Assembly (NCBI RefSeq): GCF_018350175.1
Contig: NC_058368.1
Span: forward strand, 60,886,001 to 60,950,000
Reading direction: 5' to 3'
Length of the DNA: 64,000 nt
Source: Felis catus
Lineage: Eukaryota
Position 1 is the stretch's first letter. Each line of letters opens with the position of its first letter. A program made the translations under genes and the position numbers. Of the stretch, positions 9,945 through 23,794 are shown piece after piece. The notes under the pieces are model-generated. The model searched no databases and was not told where the DNA came from. It worked only from the letters and a program-made list of their open reading frames with translations.

Positions 9945-11260
9945 TTTTGAAATAACTTCAGGTGTACAATTTACTACAGTGATCATTCTGCAGTTCTTAC
10001 AAATATCAAGTCGAAAAGTCCAGTTAACATCACCATGTAGTTAAACGTTGTCATCAGAACTTAAGACTTTCCTTTCAACCTCTAAATATACAGTATAACT
10101 TTAATTACAGTCACAATGCTGTATTTGATGTGTCATCATGACTTAAGGCAGAAATTTGTACCCCTTCACCCATTTCTGCCACCTTCTGCCTCTCATCTCT
10201 GGCAACCAATCTGTTTCCCATGAGCTTTTCTTCCTTTTTTTTTTTTTTTTTTAAACATTTTTGATTTCACATAGATTGGAGGAATTTGTCTTTCTTGGTC
10301 TTTCACTTAGCGTGATGCCTAGGAGTTTCCATCTATGTTGTTGTAGACGCCAAGATTTCATTTTTTTTTTTTTTTAAGGTGAGTACTATTATGTCTGCCA
10401 CATTTTCTTTATCCATTCATCCATTGATGGACATGTAGGTCAAGTTTAATTGTGCATATGTCCAGTTTTACTCACATTATTTATTGAACAGACTTTTCCC
10501 ATTGTATATTCTTGGTTCTTTTGTCATAAATTGGCCATATTGCATGGGTTTATTTCTAGGCTATTGATCTATTTCGATGCCTATGCTATATTATAGCTTT
10601 GTACTGTTTGAAATCAGTGTGATTCCTCGAGCTTTAAGATTGTTCTGGCTTTTCAGGATCTTTTCCATATTCTAGGATGGGGGGTTCTATTTCTGAAAAA
10701 ATACCATTGGAATTCTGATAGGGATTTCATGAATCTGTGGATTGCTCAGGAAATATGGACATGGCAACAAATTTCTTCCAATTCATGAGCTGGAATAGCT
10801 GCTTATTTGTGTCTTCAGTTTCTTTCATTAACATCTTAGATTTCCGTATACAGTTCTTTAACCTCCTTGATTAAATGCGTTCCCAAGTATTTTTTTGATG
10901 TAAATGGGATTAATTTATTATAACTAGCATCTAGGAACAACAGATTTTTGTGTATTGTGTAGCAATCTTCATTTGGTCATTCTACAGTTTTTTGGGGGAG
11001 TCTTTAAGGTTTTCTGTATATAGTATATGTGTAATAGTTCTTTCTAATTTGGATTCCTGTTTTTTTCTTCTTGCCCAAATATTTTGCTAAAGTTTCCAAT
11101 ACTGTGTTGAATAAAGGTGGTGAGAGTGGGCATCCTGGTCTTGTACCTGATCTTAGAGGATAACTTTCACTTTTCACCATTAAGTATGATATTAGCTGTG
11201 GGCATTTCATAGGAGTTTTACTATGTGGAGGTACATCTTCTCTGTACATACTTTAAATTC
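9945..11260 (-). mobile_element. Old L1 fragments (3' UTR and ORF2 pieces)
   Basis: Minus-strand translation PLRSGTRPGCPLSPPLFNTVLE (L1 RT domain); 'ttctttatccattcatccattgatggacat' L1 3' motif. Confidence 0.88.
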
Positions 11261-11299
11261 TTATAATGAAATTCGCACTTTAAACATTTTTCTGTCCAA

Positions 11300-11814
11300 A
11301 TGTTGAATTACCAAACCAAAAATTGTACTGTGCAAAATTAAAGAGATTAGAAAGAAGCACTATGGACTCGACTCCATTGACATGCATGGAGAATTAAGAG
11401 TTGGGGGAGGGGTCCAGGAATCTTAGGCCATTTGTTTACTAACTGGCCTTACTCAAAATGAAAGCAAATTATTTTCCTGATGGGAACCAATTTTAAAATG
11501 TGGAGAAAGGTGCCCATGTACCATTAGGCTCCTACCTTCCTATAGAGATTGGGGTATATGAGTGCTATATTTCAAAGAGATGGTTCCCAGGTCCATGAAA
11601 AAGACAGTCCTGGATTATAAAAATGAAGTGACTTAAAAGTACATCTCAAAGCAGGTAGAGAGAGAACTTACAAATTTTCTAAGTGCATGCTGTAAGAAAT
11701 GGAGGGGAGGGACCTCTGTGATTAGGCCATTTGGGTACTGTAAGAGCCCTTGTGAGAGGGAAGTCAGTTGCCCATAGGCATTAAGTTTAGCTGAGAGAAA
11801 AATTGTCTTGGTCA
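11300..11814 (-). mobile_element. MER4-group (MER31/MER67-like) LTR remnant
   Basis: 'atttcaaagagatggttcccaggtccatgaaaaagacagtcctgg...catctcaaag...ttttctaag...gtcttggtca' resembles this LTR group. Left boundary uncertain. Confidence 0.55.
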
Positions 11815-12557
11815 CTAGAATCTTGGACTTGTGCTGAAGGAGGAAGGAAAAAATTCGGTTTTAACTGTGTGCAAAGTACAAGCCATCCTGGCACATTGTT
11901 GTTGAGACTTAGGCTGCTTCATAACTTGTATAGATTTATTCTTAATCATGTTGTATTTCTGAACACTACCGAGAAAAATGTCATAATTTGTGTCAAGGTG
12001 ATAGACTAAACACACATCTTCTTGCTCCACTCATTGGCAACTCTGCAATATAAAATGCATACTGGCATATACTTGTTGAACCAGCCCTTTCCTCTTCTAA
12101 AAAATCCCCAAATCCTACAGCTATCCAATATAGCATTATAAAATATGAAAGTACAAATAATGGTTATGTAAAGTATTTTCAAATCAGGAACAGATGGTTG
12201 TAGATTAAGGAAGAAATGAGATTAGAAGCAAAACAAAGTGTGCACGTGAGGATTTTTATTAAAGCAGCTAGAGTTCAAGGTCTCCAAGTTCAGAATATTA
12301 AAAGCAATAGTGGAGCAAAGCTGGGGTGGTGTAAATGATTGATTAAAAGGGAATCTGCATTTCCTGCCATTTGGTGGTTAGCAGATTTACTTTGAACATT
12401 AATATTGAAAACATAAAAAAGTGAAAAACAGTATATGACTCCATGTTAGTATTTTTTGTTGGTATTATAGAAGGAAATGTAAATCAAATGGATGTCTGGG
12501 ATGACAGAAATGACAAGTGCAAAAAACAAAAACTATAGTTCTCATTCCACTACCACC

Positions 12558-12603
12558 ACACATTTAATTAACTCGCCAGAACACATTTAATTAACTCGCC
12601 AGA
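12558..12603. repeat. Perfect 23-bp tandem duplication
   Basis: ACACATTTAATTAACTCGCCAGA occurs twice, head to tail. Confidence 0.95.
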
Positions 12604-12699
12604 AGAGCTGTAGCAGAGCTAGCATTCACTGAGATGAAGAGGGCATAAAAATGAAAACAAGCAGACAACCAAGAATTACTAAATACTTTTCCGAGTGAA

Positions 12700-13300
12700 A
12701 AGGGGAACAAAATTTAAAGAATTATTACTCCAGGAATTGGAATTAAGGTGGTGCATATAAAATTGTCCTATCAAATATTACTAAAAATCTCATAGGGATA
12801 GGAAGCCACTGAAAGATCATAAAGTAGAAGGGAAAATTAGAGATCTTTGAAATGTAAAATGTACTGTTAAAAAAAAAAGTTGATTAGCTTAATGTTTTCA
12901 GTTGAAGAGCAAATTAATGAGCTATAGGATTCTCCCAGATCCCACAGCAAAGGAGGCAGGCAAAAAGATGTATTGAATTGGACAAACGTGAATACAGAGG
13001 ATATTTTCTGGAAGTTCAGTTCTTTTAAAGAAATTTGAAGAAGGAATGAAGTAAAGGAGATAAGTCATAAAGGGGAAAACTATTGCTGAAGAAAATCTTA
13101 CATCTTCACATGATGGTTCCCAAGGGAATTTGAGAATAAATGAAAAAACGAGAACTAGGCAGAGTGTTAAGACCTTTCACAGAAAGGAAAGAGAAAATCC
13201 TAAAGGTTTGCAGGAAAAAATTGCTAAAACTACAAAAGAAAAATAAGCAAAATGAAACCACATTTCTCATGTTTAACACAGGTTGATAGTTGGAAAGATG
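12700..13300 (+). mobile_element. Highly degraded L1 ORF1/HAL1-like remnant
   Basis: A-rich sequence with 'gagcaaattaatgagcta' and 'aaagagaaaatcctaaagg' ORF1-like motifs. Confidence 0.35.
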
Positions 13301-14338
13301 TTTAGAAGTTGTGAATCAATTGTGTTTTGTGCTATGAAATTTAAAGAGAAGTGGTAAAGAGAAAAAGTGGCTCATTACTAAGCTCTGATGAAATCAAACA
13401 TCTGACATAGAGGAGTTGGCAAGAATGAAATGAAACAAGTAGTGTACTAAGAGAAAGTTTCAGAAAAGAATTTCTTCACTTGTTAGGTTGAGAGATTGAG
13501 AACACGTGGATAGAGCTAAGCATATTCAAAACATGGAGTTTTGGTGACCTTTGTTAAAACACTAGAATGATGGGAACTTAAATGTATGTGGGTTAAAAGT
13601 AACTGAGGTTGAAGAAATGGAAAAATCTTAGTTCTTTGGGGAAAAAAGATCAAGTAGGATGTGACTTTCTGAAAGAAATAGAAGAGACATGTAAAGAAAA
13701 AGTTAGGTCCTGGTTGTATGTGTATGGAATTGTGGAAAACAACATGAATAAGGTGTTCAAATCTTTGTAGAAGTATAGGAATTTTTCTTTGAGAAGGGAT
13801 GGTATTCATTGCCAGAGATGATAGTGAAATGGGTCCAATAATAGGTTTATTGGCAGATTACTGGGGAGAAGGTAAATGTTTTAACCTGAATTCTATTTTT
13901 TCAATGATAAATGAGCCAAAGTTCTCTTAAAAGTGCATTTGTGGGGAGCTTTAAGAAGTACAGAGATTTCAAATAGCCCTTGTGAGGATGGGAAAGTGAA
14001 TGTCAGTGTTGAGTAGTTACATGGGTATGATCCTCTCACGTTTAAAATGAAAGTATGTGTTCATGATTTTCATAGTTTTTATTCTGCCTTGGACTTTTAC
14101 CTGGGTGAAAGGAGTGGACAATCTTCTTAATAAAATGTAAGGAAGACCTATAGATGGATGACAGGTTGACCAGCAGTGAGTTGTAGCTGCAGGAGATAGT
14201 TGTACAGCGACAATCTTCTAAAAATAACATTTTGGCACACTATGATCCTAGAATTGCTTTAGTAGGAAAACTAGAGTAAGCTACTTGGTGAGTTAAAAAG
14301 TTTTGATCAGTATAGTATGATTGAAGGCAGAAAAATGT

Positions 14339-14742
14339 CTGTTAGGATCAGGAATTCAACTGAGTAAATTTGGAGATCTAATTGGCTTTACTCAGCAATT
14401 CACGAATCAAGGAGAAATCCCTTCTGGTAAATAGGCATTTCAGGATTTGTACAAAATGGAAGGTACATTATAGGCCAGAGGGGAGTGTGGGGCAAGGGTT
14501 ACTTGCAAAAGAAATGATTTACTTTTTTTTTTGGCCAGGTCATCTTTTTAAGGGAAGGGAATGGCAAGGCTTGCATTATGCAAATTACCTCATTTTATTC
14601 AGATTACCTGATTCTGGTATTGATCAGGAAATTTCAGATTGTTCAAAGATCTTATTTCTAGGAGAGGTAGAAACTGCAATTAAGTCTTGGTTTGTTGTCA
14701 TGGAGCAAATGTCTCCGTTTTGGACCCATTTCTTTTCCGATA
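14339..14742 (-). mobile_element. Probable solo LTR
   Basis: Begins TGTTAGG; composition and 'attggctttactcagcaattcacgaatc' resemble ERV1 LTRs. Family not identified. Confidence 0.45.
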
Positions 14743-14837
14743 GCTGGATACTTCTTCCTCCAATTACTAAAATAGAGCCAGACTTCTTAATTCCTTAATT
14801 CAGGGACTTTTTCCAAGGTAAGAAACAGAAGCAGCCT

Positions 14838-15162
14838 GTTGCCATTCATTTAGGCCACTGTAACTGAGTACTACAAAAGGAGTAGTTTATAAACAAACTT
14901 GGAAGTTCTGGAAAAAGGCACCATCATAATCAGGTGAGGGTCCTCTTCAGGGTGGTAGACTTTCTCTGTATCCTCTTATGATACAAGGAAAAAGGGAGCT
15001 CTCTTGAGCCTTTTATAAAGGCATCAATCTCATTCTTGACAGTGGAGCTCTCATGACCTAGTCACCTCCCAGAGACCCCATTTCCTAAAACCATCACAGT
15101 GGGTAGGCATTTAGGATTTCAGCATATGAATTTGGGGGGACACAAACATTCAGACCAGAGCA
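14838..15162 (-). mobile_element. MaLR LTR (MLT1A-like)
   Basis: Ends 'atttcagcatatgaatttgggggga cacaaacattcagaccagagca', the reverse complement of the MLT1A start. Confidence 0.85.
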
Positions 15163-16796
15163 CAGCCTGATGTTAATTTCTTTCCCTGTATTTTCTAAAA
15201 CTGTGAGCTGGATGATGATGGGGTCCTGAATTTATCTAATTTACATTTCTTATTACATCAGTTTTTATACGTTCCCATTTACATATTCTTTAAGCTTTCT
15301 ATTTTGTTACAGGAATTTGTCTCTAAACCAAGACTGTTCACTGTTTTCAAGCAGTGGGTTTAGAATGTCACGATACTTGATGGGTTCATATCTTCTTGCT
15401 CTCTTTTGAAAATTCACACAGATTTTAATTTTTAAATGATTTTTACAATATATACAATGAAGTAGGATTGTAAACTATAACATGTGGCTTAATTTGTATA
15501 TTCATTGAGAATTGACAAAACAGTAAATTAATCGGGACCAATATCCTGGAGTTTTTCTTTATATAGATCTTTTACATTATAAAAGAGTATTAAAACTTTC
15601 CCTTTTAATTTCTGCTTTTTTCCTGAGAAAATATTCCCATGATATTATAATATTTCTCTAAAATGCAAACTTTCCTATACCAATATTCATAGATTCTTTT
15701 GTTACTCCTTTGTTTATCTTATTTAACAATTTACAAACCCTTATGGTTTCTTTCATGTTACAAAATAGTGCTCATCAGAGTAAATATCATAACTAGAGAA
15801 ATACAGCAACATAATTGTATCCCCAGAAAATCATCTTTCATATATGAATATTATTTTTTCTATTTCTATATATTTTCCAGTGATTAAGAAGGTACATTTC
15901 CATGTATTTTTTCCTAAATTTCACAAGTTAAAAATTTTCAAATAACCCTATATTTAATCAAGACAAAATTTAAGCTTTGCCTTAGATGTGAACTATAAAA
16001 ATCATTAAAATTCATCAGGTAAATAGATACATGAATTTCTATAAGAAAATACACAGCTCTCAGGAACAAGATTAACAATGCCAGATTAGGTTGAAAGGAA
16101 ATAATATAAACATGCAGAATCACCTGAGGTCCAATTTATCACTGTTTTTTAAAATCATGTGTAAAATGCTTTGTCTTTCTATAAAAGAACTGAGTTTAAC
16201 TGGTGTGAATCCTCTCAAATAGATAAGAGATTATCTGGTTATGTTGTTTGCAGTGGATCAAATAGTATTTAAAAAAACAATTTATTATCTTAGAATTATA
16301 TTTACTCAATTTATAACAAAATCAAGAGAATTAGAGATTCTTCTTATAAAAATCAGTAAATTTAAAAGTATATATTCATAATGTTAATTTGTTTTCGGTT
16401 AATGTAATAGAAACCTTATTATGGAGTACTATATTTTGCAATTCTTTATTTTGTAGTTTTTATGCATAAAAATAAACATTGAAATTCTGAAGAAATACTG
16501 CCAATAACCTGAAAGGAGTTATAATAGGAACCTCTTAGGTTTGACACATCTTGTGAAATGAACCTGTGGTTCCAAGAAATCAATGCCAAAGTAGCTACTG
16601 TCACTTAGTTGCAGTTTTAGTCTAGGAGAATTAATGAAATCTTAAAATATTTTCTTTTCTAACTCATTTTCCCATTTCTATATCATAGAAAAGAAATCTA
16701 CAGGAGAAATATGACAAGTGGGAATTTTAACTATTTAGTAATTATGTGTATAATAAGCATCTTATCAGTTAGGTGTTATTTACCTAAAACATAGCA

Positions 16797-17900
16797 TGTT
16801 AGGAGTTGAGTTGCTCCTCCCCACCCCAGCCCCAAATTTATGTTGAAGTCTTAATTTCTAGTATATCATTATGAGATCTTTATTTAAAAATAAGATCATT
16901 ATAGATTACATTAAGAGGAGATCCTATTGGAGACCAGTGGGGCCATAATCCAGTATGACTGCTATTTTTGTAAAGTGAGGACACTTGGGATAAACACAGG
17001 TGAAGATCAGAGTTCCAGTGCCATGAGCCAAGGAGTTACAGGGGTCTAGGAGAGAGGACTATATTCATCCTTCTTTAGTGGCTTCATGAGAGAGTATGGT
17101 CCTGCTGACACCTTGATTTTGAATTTCAAATCCCCAGAATTAGGACAATAAACTTCTGTTTAAGTCACCCAGTGTTTAGCATCTTGTTACCTGAGCTTTA
17201 ACAAAGTAATACAGATTTTGGTACTATGCATTGGGAGGACTGACCTGAAAATATGTAAGTGGTTTTGGAATTGGATAATGGGTAGAGCCTAGTAGAGTTT
17301 TGAGGTTCATGACTGAAAGCTTAAATTGTCTTGAAGATTGTTAGAAATATGAATGTCAAAGTTGTGCATTTAGTGAGTTCTCAAATGATAAATACATTAT
17401 TGGATACTGGACGAAAGGTGATCTTTGTTATAAAGTGGCAGATAACTTGGGTGAATTGTGTTCTGTTTTATGGAAAATAGAACTTACAAGTGACGAACTG
17501 ATTTCTTCTTCCTGCTTACTGTCAAATGTGAGCAAAAAGAAGTAGAATAAATGAGGAATTGTGAAGCAAAAAGGAACAAGAACCTGAAGGCTTGAAGATT
17601 CTCAGCCTGTTCGTATTACAAAAAGATGAGAAAACATCCTGTACAGTTACACTCAGTGTTCTCTTCACAACTGTTTGCTAAAGAAATTAGGCATTTGATG
17701 TGTAGACCCAGTCAAACATGTCAGCAAAAATGCCAATTTGGAATGAAGAGATCAGTGACAGGATGAAATAAAAGGCTGTTGGGTTTCTGGGATTCTAGAG
17801 CTATAAAATGGTCCCATAAACTATGCATCTGAATTTGTTATCCTGTGTGAAAAGGGAAGAATGGCCCCAGCGGTGGGTTTGGAGGCTGGGTCTTCCTTTG
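16797..17900 (+). mobile_element. MaLR MLT1B/C-like LTR (16797-17212) plus adjoining MLT1 internal sequence
   Basis: 'cctgctgacaccttgattttg...aataaacttctgtttaagtcacccagt...taataca' LTR end, then 'gattttggtac...gtggttttggaattggataatgggtagag' MLT-int start. Confidence 0.85.
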
Positions 17901-18441
17901 GTTACCAGAGACAGGGATGCAAGAATAGAAACCAACTAATTGAATGAAATCTCCCATATCTTATGGTCTTTTTTAAGAAGCCCTATATAGAAGGGTCGTC
18001 TTTTTTAAAATACCAAGTGCCATGGTATAAGATGTAAGTTAAGAGGAAACGTTTTTCTCTTTACTATGTACTTCCTCTGTCAGCAGATGGAAAATGTCTT
18101 TTTTAAAAGCCTAGTGCTAGAATTCTATTAGAGAATACTAAGAGAAAAGAGTTAAACTTGATGACTCAAATTCACAAAACTAGAGTGTATTTACAAATGC
18201 AATGTGCACCTAGAAATGTTTTCTATCGATACTGAGGTTGGATTAAAAAACAAAATGAAGATTTTAAGCATCCAATGAAGAAACCTATTTGGGAACAGAA
18301 CAGTTCTGCTGAAACCTAAGAAATGTTTCCCTTAGGAAGCCTCTGGTTTTCATGAGGATATGTCTTGAGGTATGTATAAGAAATCTCACTATAAATCAAA
18401 ATGCCATGGAACTTTCCAACTGAATCAAAATAAACCTTTTA

Positions 18442-18662
18442 GGGGCACCTGGGTGGCGCAGTCGGTTAAGCGTCTGACTTCAGCCAGGTCATGATCTCGC
18501 GGTCTGTGAGTTCGAGCCCTGCATTAGGCTCTGGGCTGATAGCTCGGAGCCTGGAGCCTGTTTCCGATTCTGTGTCTCCCTCTCTCTCTTTCCCTCCCCC
18601 GTTCGTGCTCTGTCTCTCTCTGTCCCAAAAATAAATAAACGTTGAAAAAAAATTTAAAAAAA
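18442..18662 (+). mobile_element. SINEC_Fc-like Can-SINE (young)
   Basis: GGGGCACCTGGGTGGCGCAGTCGGTTAAGCG, several CpGs retained, AATAAACGTTGAAAA tail, TSD-like AAA(C/T)CTTTTA. Confidence 0.95.
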
Positions 18663-20075
18663 TCTTTTAATGAACTGAAGCTAATTCAGTACAAAGTTAG
18701 AATGTCTAGAATACAGTTGACTACTTAAATATGAAAATTAATATATAATATCTGATCTCATTGTGAAATTATTTTGTGTTGACTTAGAGTACATGAGAGG
18801 GAATTAAAAATCCTTCAATGGCCTAAAACCTGGAATAAATTGTTACAATGCATTGAGGAATTCCTCACAACCCAGGGCTACCCTTCCAGAGCATCAGGAT
18901 TTTCTCTACCTATAATAGAATGTGTCAGGATATTATAGTGCTTTTTTGTGTCATTTTTTAAGGATTGTGTGCCAATGAAATTTAACTAGAGTGAGGCTTC
19001 TCATCCCTTTCTCTGAAGGATTTTCATCAAATTTAAAGGGAGCATCGTTGCACAAATACAGCTTTGAAATGCTTTGTCTACATTACCCACATACTTAATC
19101 ACAGAAAGTTAACTCTTCAAAATCAACAGACATTACCACATATGCCAAATGTTTTGCAGGCCAAGATTTTGTAAAATGCAACACAATTTAGTTTAGCAAA
19201 GACCTTGGAAGTTTTTATTCACTCTGCCTCTGTTGTGAGGGTTCTAATTAAATGTCTTATCTCACTGGTTTAACTGTGATGAATGCCTGCTTCAAAATTA
19301 ATCTTTGGTCTTGGTTTGGTTCTTCTGTTTAAATTGTACTTTTACTTTCCAGTTTAGAAACATCATTCTAATTAAGGCATCGGCCTAAATGAAACCCATA
19401 CTGTTTGTTCAATAAACACAAGAAATACACATGTGTTAAAAAAAATAATTGAACAAGGAAATTATTGTCATATATTTGGGTAGTTGCTTGCATAAATAGC
19501 CCTTGACAATTTATGGGTAGAAAATAATCATATCTGCTAATATTAACATTTTTAACTTGAGTCATTAACAATGAGATACCCAAAATAGGTCCTAAATATT
19601 TGTAAAAGTTTGCAAACTTTTATGGAGGTGATCGATCTTTCCTATCATGAAGGCTTATAACTTTCTGGTGTTGTATTTGAAGCAACTTTTCTCCTTGCTA
19701 AAGAAAACTTGAAATCTCACTTGTACCCATTCAAAATCATTCTGGTTTTGAGGGTCTTTTGGACATATAATAGAAGTTTGCACCAGCTCTACAGGTAAAG
19801 CCTTAAAATGTTCAATTCTTGAATGTTTCAGAACTAAGTTAATGACTCTATCCTTCAGTATCAAATGTAGGCTTTTATTTGAAGTATTGATAATCTGTTT
19901 TCAAATGGTTTTGGAACTTTTAGTTAGAATTGAAGGAATCCAGGATTACCATATTTGAACTGAGCTATTTGACCACCTTGAAAACAAAAAGTATCAGATT
20001 TTAGTGATAGAATTTTAGTTAAATTACTGACTACATCAGCAGTCACATTTTGCTGTATTAACAACTAGTTTATAT

Positions 20076-20262
20076 AAGGGTTGGCTACATTTTTCTACAA
20101 AGCTCTAAATAGTAAATATTTTAAGACTATAAGCTTCTGTCCCATTACTCAACTCTGCTGTGGGAGCAGCAAGACAATATGTAAATGAGTGTGGCTGAGT
20201 TCCAGTAAAACTAATTATAAAAACAGACACTAACCCAGATTGGGTCTGTTTGCTGATGCCTG
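20076..20262. mobile_element. MER58A-like hAT-Charlie MITE
   Basis: 'gggttggctacatttttct...atagtaaatatttta...tactcaactctgc...gtggctgagttccagtaaaact...gtttgctgatgcctg'. Confidence 0.8.
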
Positions 20263-20542
20263 GTTGATACCATTTGAAGTGTACAACATATATATTTTTT
20301 CAGTTGTCACACATCTGCTTTTTGTTACTTTTATTCAATAAGTCTAACAGTGTGGTACAATTTTATCCTACTCTTACCACCATTTTCATTATCCTCCAAG
20401 CACAAAATCTTAGTTACCTACAACTTGTTTCTCTCCTTGGCATCTTATTCCATCAATTACATATGTTTGTAGGCTTTAGACCTAGTGTTTTTTTGTTTGT
20501 TTGTTTTTTGGAATCTTCTTATCTTTTCCATGATGGCTACTG

Positions 20543-20582
20543 TAATTTAGTACTTTATACTCTAATTTAGTACTTTATACTC
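20543..20582. repeat. Perfect 20-bp tandem duplication
   Basis: TAATTTAGTACTTTATACTC occurs twice, head to tail. Confidence 0.95.
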
Positions 20583-20689
20583 TTGCCTTGAACATGGTAA
20601 GAAACATCCTAAATCAGTTTCCCCTTAACTCTTTAATACTCTCATATATTCATTGGAGAAAAAAAACTGGACACTAGTGCAACTTCAAA

Positions 20690-21020
20690 TTACAAGTCCA
20701 TTTTTCTCTTGACCCCGATCCAATCAGGGTTTTGTCCACTTATTCTACTAGATGGCTTATTCTGGTTGACACTACCCACTGAATTGAAAAACCTAGTGGC
20801 CTGTTTTCAGTTCTGATGACACTTCATCATTTGGTGTTTGACAAAGCGTTCATTCCTTCCTCCCTGAGTCCCCCCCCCCCTTTTTTTTTTTTTGGCTTTT
20901 AGCAACTTATATACATGTCCTTCGCTTTTTGTCTCCAATGTCATTAGCTGCAGTTTTTGTTGTCTTTGCCCTTACTTCTGTGCTCTTAATGTTGGAATTT
21001 CTGAGAGCTAGACTTTCCCT
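20690..21020 (+). mobile_element. L2 LINE remnant
   Basis: 'atccaatcagggttttgtcc...cctagtggcctgttttcagttc...tttgaca...cattccttcctccctga' resembles the L2 RT region. Confidence 0.5.
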
Positions 21021-22560
21021 ATTCAGTAAAGATCTGCATGTTTTCATTATGCTGCTTAATGTTTTTATTTGTATGGTATGGCGCATTTAAATATTGTCAA
21101 AGGTATCGGGGGTTAACTTTTGTTAAGGGGGTTTTATGAAAGTGAATAATGTTATATATTTAATAGGGATTTCAGCATTATTAAAAAGGAAAGTTGCTTT
21201 TGCAATAGACAGCAATAAAAACTTTTTTCCAAAGTAGTTATTTTGTACAAGGAATGATTTTAAAAGCATCATATCAGTGTTAAAAGTCTCATCTTCCATT
21301 ACATAATGCAGTCTAAGATTTTTTAATAGGGGAAATTACATAAATCAAGGTATGTTACCATTAAAACTTTAATAGTTTTAACAAATGTTAACAAGCTTCT
21401 ATCTTTTAAATTGAACCTTTGAATCTTAAAATGGTGGATATTTTTAAGCTGTACCTCAAATTTGCAGTTTTTAACGTTATTCATACAGTCACTTGTGTAA
21501 ATATGAGCTCTTATTTAAAGTTGATAAACAACTTTGTGGATTTTTCAAGAAAAAATAGGATTTGATTTGATTATATCAGTACTAAATAGTTTATTTGAAA
21601 AAAATATGGCATTTTCTGCAAATAGTTTAATAAGCATGTATTTAATCATGTGGTAGATCATTTCCAAGGATAAGTGTCAAATTTTTCCTACCCTTGTATC
21701 CAGAAAACTGCTTGAGACCATGTGGAGAAAGAATTTGTCCACCTCTAGTATTGAGGTGCCAGACATTTGATGGAAGACTTTTTTAGACTTTAGGGCCCGA
21801 CTTGAGTTGCTAGAGGACTATAGACCAATGAGCGAAATCTTAAACCTTCATGTATAAGGTGGGAACTTCAAAAGAAATTGAAAATTTGCAATTTAAATGG
21901 TACTGGAATCAATAACAGTAGCCAGGAGTGAGCTATGAAGTCATTACTGAATCTGAGAATGAGGAAGCTCTCCATCAAATCCTTCTATATTAAATCCAGT
22001 CTCCAAATTGTCTAAAAGAATTCTAATACAGAAGGGGTGATGTCTATTTCCAGCATTTACAACATTAACTATATACAAAAGTGTTCTGGTAAGCTCTGAT
22101 ATCCTCTTTGCCTTTATTTCAAAAAATTAAGACTTGTTTTTCTAATCAAAGAGCAGTCTGAAAACAGAGCCAATGGCTGTTTTATGGTTGATTTTTCTGT
22201 TCTGTCTACTTTTCCCAAATTTTTTTCCTTTGAGTTGGGGGCATACAGCTGTGTCTACTTGAGGGCATGAACATAATGTTGAAGAACCATGTGTAATTCT
22301 ATGTTAGGTATCCAGAGTATTTGTGATATAATTATTTTCTTGTAAACGCTTTGGCATTAAATTTACATAGTCTTTCTCTTTTAGTGCCTTAGACTTCATC
22401 TAATTGTAGGGCTTTTGATCAACTGGTCTTTGGCAATGAAAATTATCTTCATAATTGATGTCAAATTCAAACCTTTTGTATGTTTGCTTTTTTTCTCCTT
22501 TCTCACATTTTTTAACTTTAAATCTTTCCCACATTCTACTTCATGTATTTTCTCTGGGTT

Positions 22561-22594
<34 letters not shown>

Positions 22595-23017
22595 GTGGGG
22601 GTTGGGTTCATACTCAAGGAATCATTTACATCTGTTTGACCCATTAGAGGAAAAGGCACTCCCAGAAAATCACAAGGGTTTCAGGAACTGTGTGTTAGGT
22701 ATGTACCAGGGGCAGAAATCAATGTATACACTTCCCATGATTGCCTATCATAAAATGAGACCAAGTGCTAAGATAGCAATGTTTAGATTTTGTCATTTTT
22801 AACTATAGTCATGTTTTTGGCAATCAATGCTAGATTAGGCTTGGTTCTATATACTGTATTGCTATGTCCATATTTTATTGGAAGACATTGAATATTGGGC
22901 TGGACTCCTCCATGATGTCATTGATGGCAATGACAGCACTAGAATGAGAGCAGTAAAGGTCAGTGCTTTCTTTACACCTGGTACAGGCCCTGAATATAAC
23001 AAATGGTGGTTATTTAA

Positions 23018-23225
23018 GGGGCCTGGATGGCTTAATCAGTTAAGCATCCCACTTTGGCTCAGGTCATGCTCTCCTGGTTCCTGGGTTCAAGCCCCATGTT
23101 GGGTTCTATGCTGACAGGTTGGAGCCTTGAGCCTGCCTCAGATTCTGTGTCTCCCTATCTGCCTCTCCCTGTTCATGCTCTGTCTGTCTCTCTCTCTCTC
23201 TCTCAAAAATGAATATTAAAAAAAA
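23018..23225 (+). mobile_element. Can-SINE
   Basis: GGGGCCTGGATGGCTTAATCAGTTAAGC head, (CT)n, A tail. Confidence 0.92.
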
Positions 23226-23614
23226 TTTTTAAATTTTATTTAAGGAATTTTTAGAAAGTTAACTCCACTTTGCTCAATTAAGGTTAATTGAGGGGAAGCA
23301 TGTACCAAGTAGACCTCCAGGCTACCGGATGAATGAAGTTCTGAGTGGGGTGTAGGCTGTGGCCTCTGTCTAGGTTTTAAGGTGCCTCTCCAAATTCCCC
23401 TAATGGAGTATTGAGGCAGATTTGCCCAGACCACAGTGGTTAAAGATACAACTCTAAGTTCTGTCAACATTTTTTTCAAATCTTGTTCAAGTTGCCTTAA
23501 TTAAAAAAAAAAACAAAAAACAAAAACTTCTTTTATACTATCTCACATTATACAGATTCTCTTTGGGTTTTTTAGAAAGATTGTTTTGTCATTCTCTTTA
23601 GCTTTGTGGGAATC

Positions 23615-23794
23615 TTTTAAGTTTATTTGAGAGAATGACTAAGCAGGGGTGGGGCAGAGAGAGAATCCCAATCAGGCTCTGCACTGTCAGGCTAGGGAGC
23701 CTGACTTAGGACTTGATCCCATAAACAGTGGAATCATGATCTAAGCTGAAATCAAGAGTCAAAAGCTTTACCCACTGAGCCACTCAGGTACCCC
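23615..23794 (-). mobile_element. Can-SINE
   Basis: 'gctgaaatcaagagtc...ctgagccactcaggtacccc' reverse head. Confidence 0.9.
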
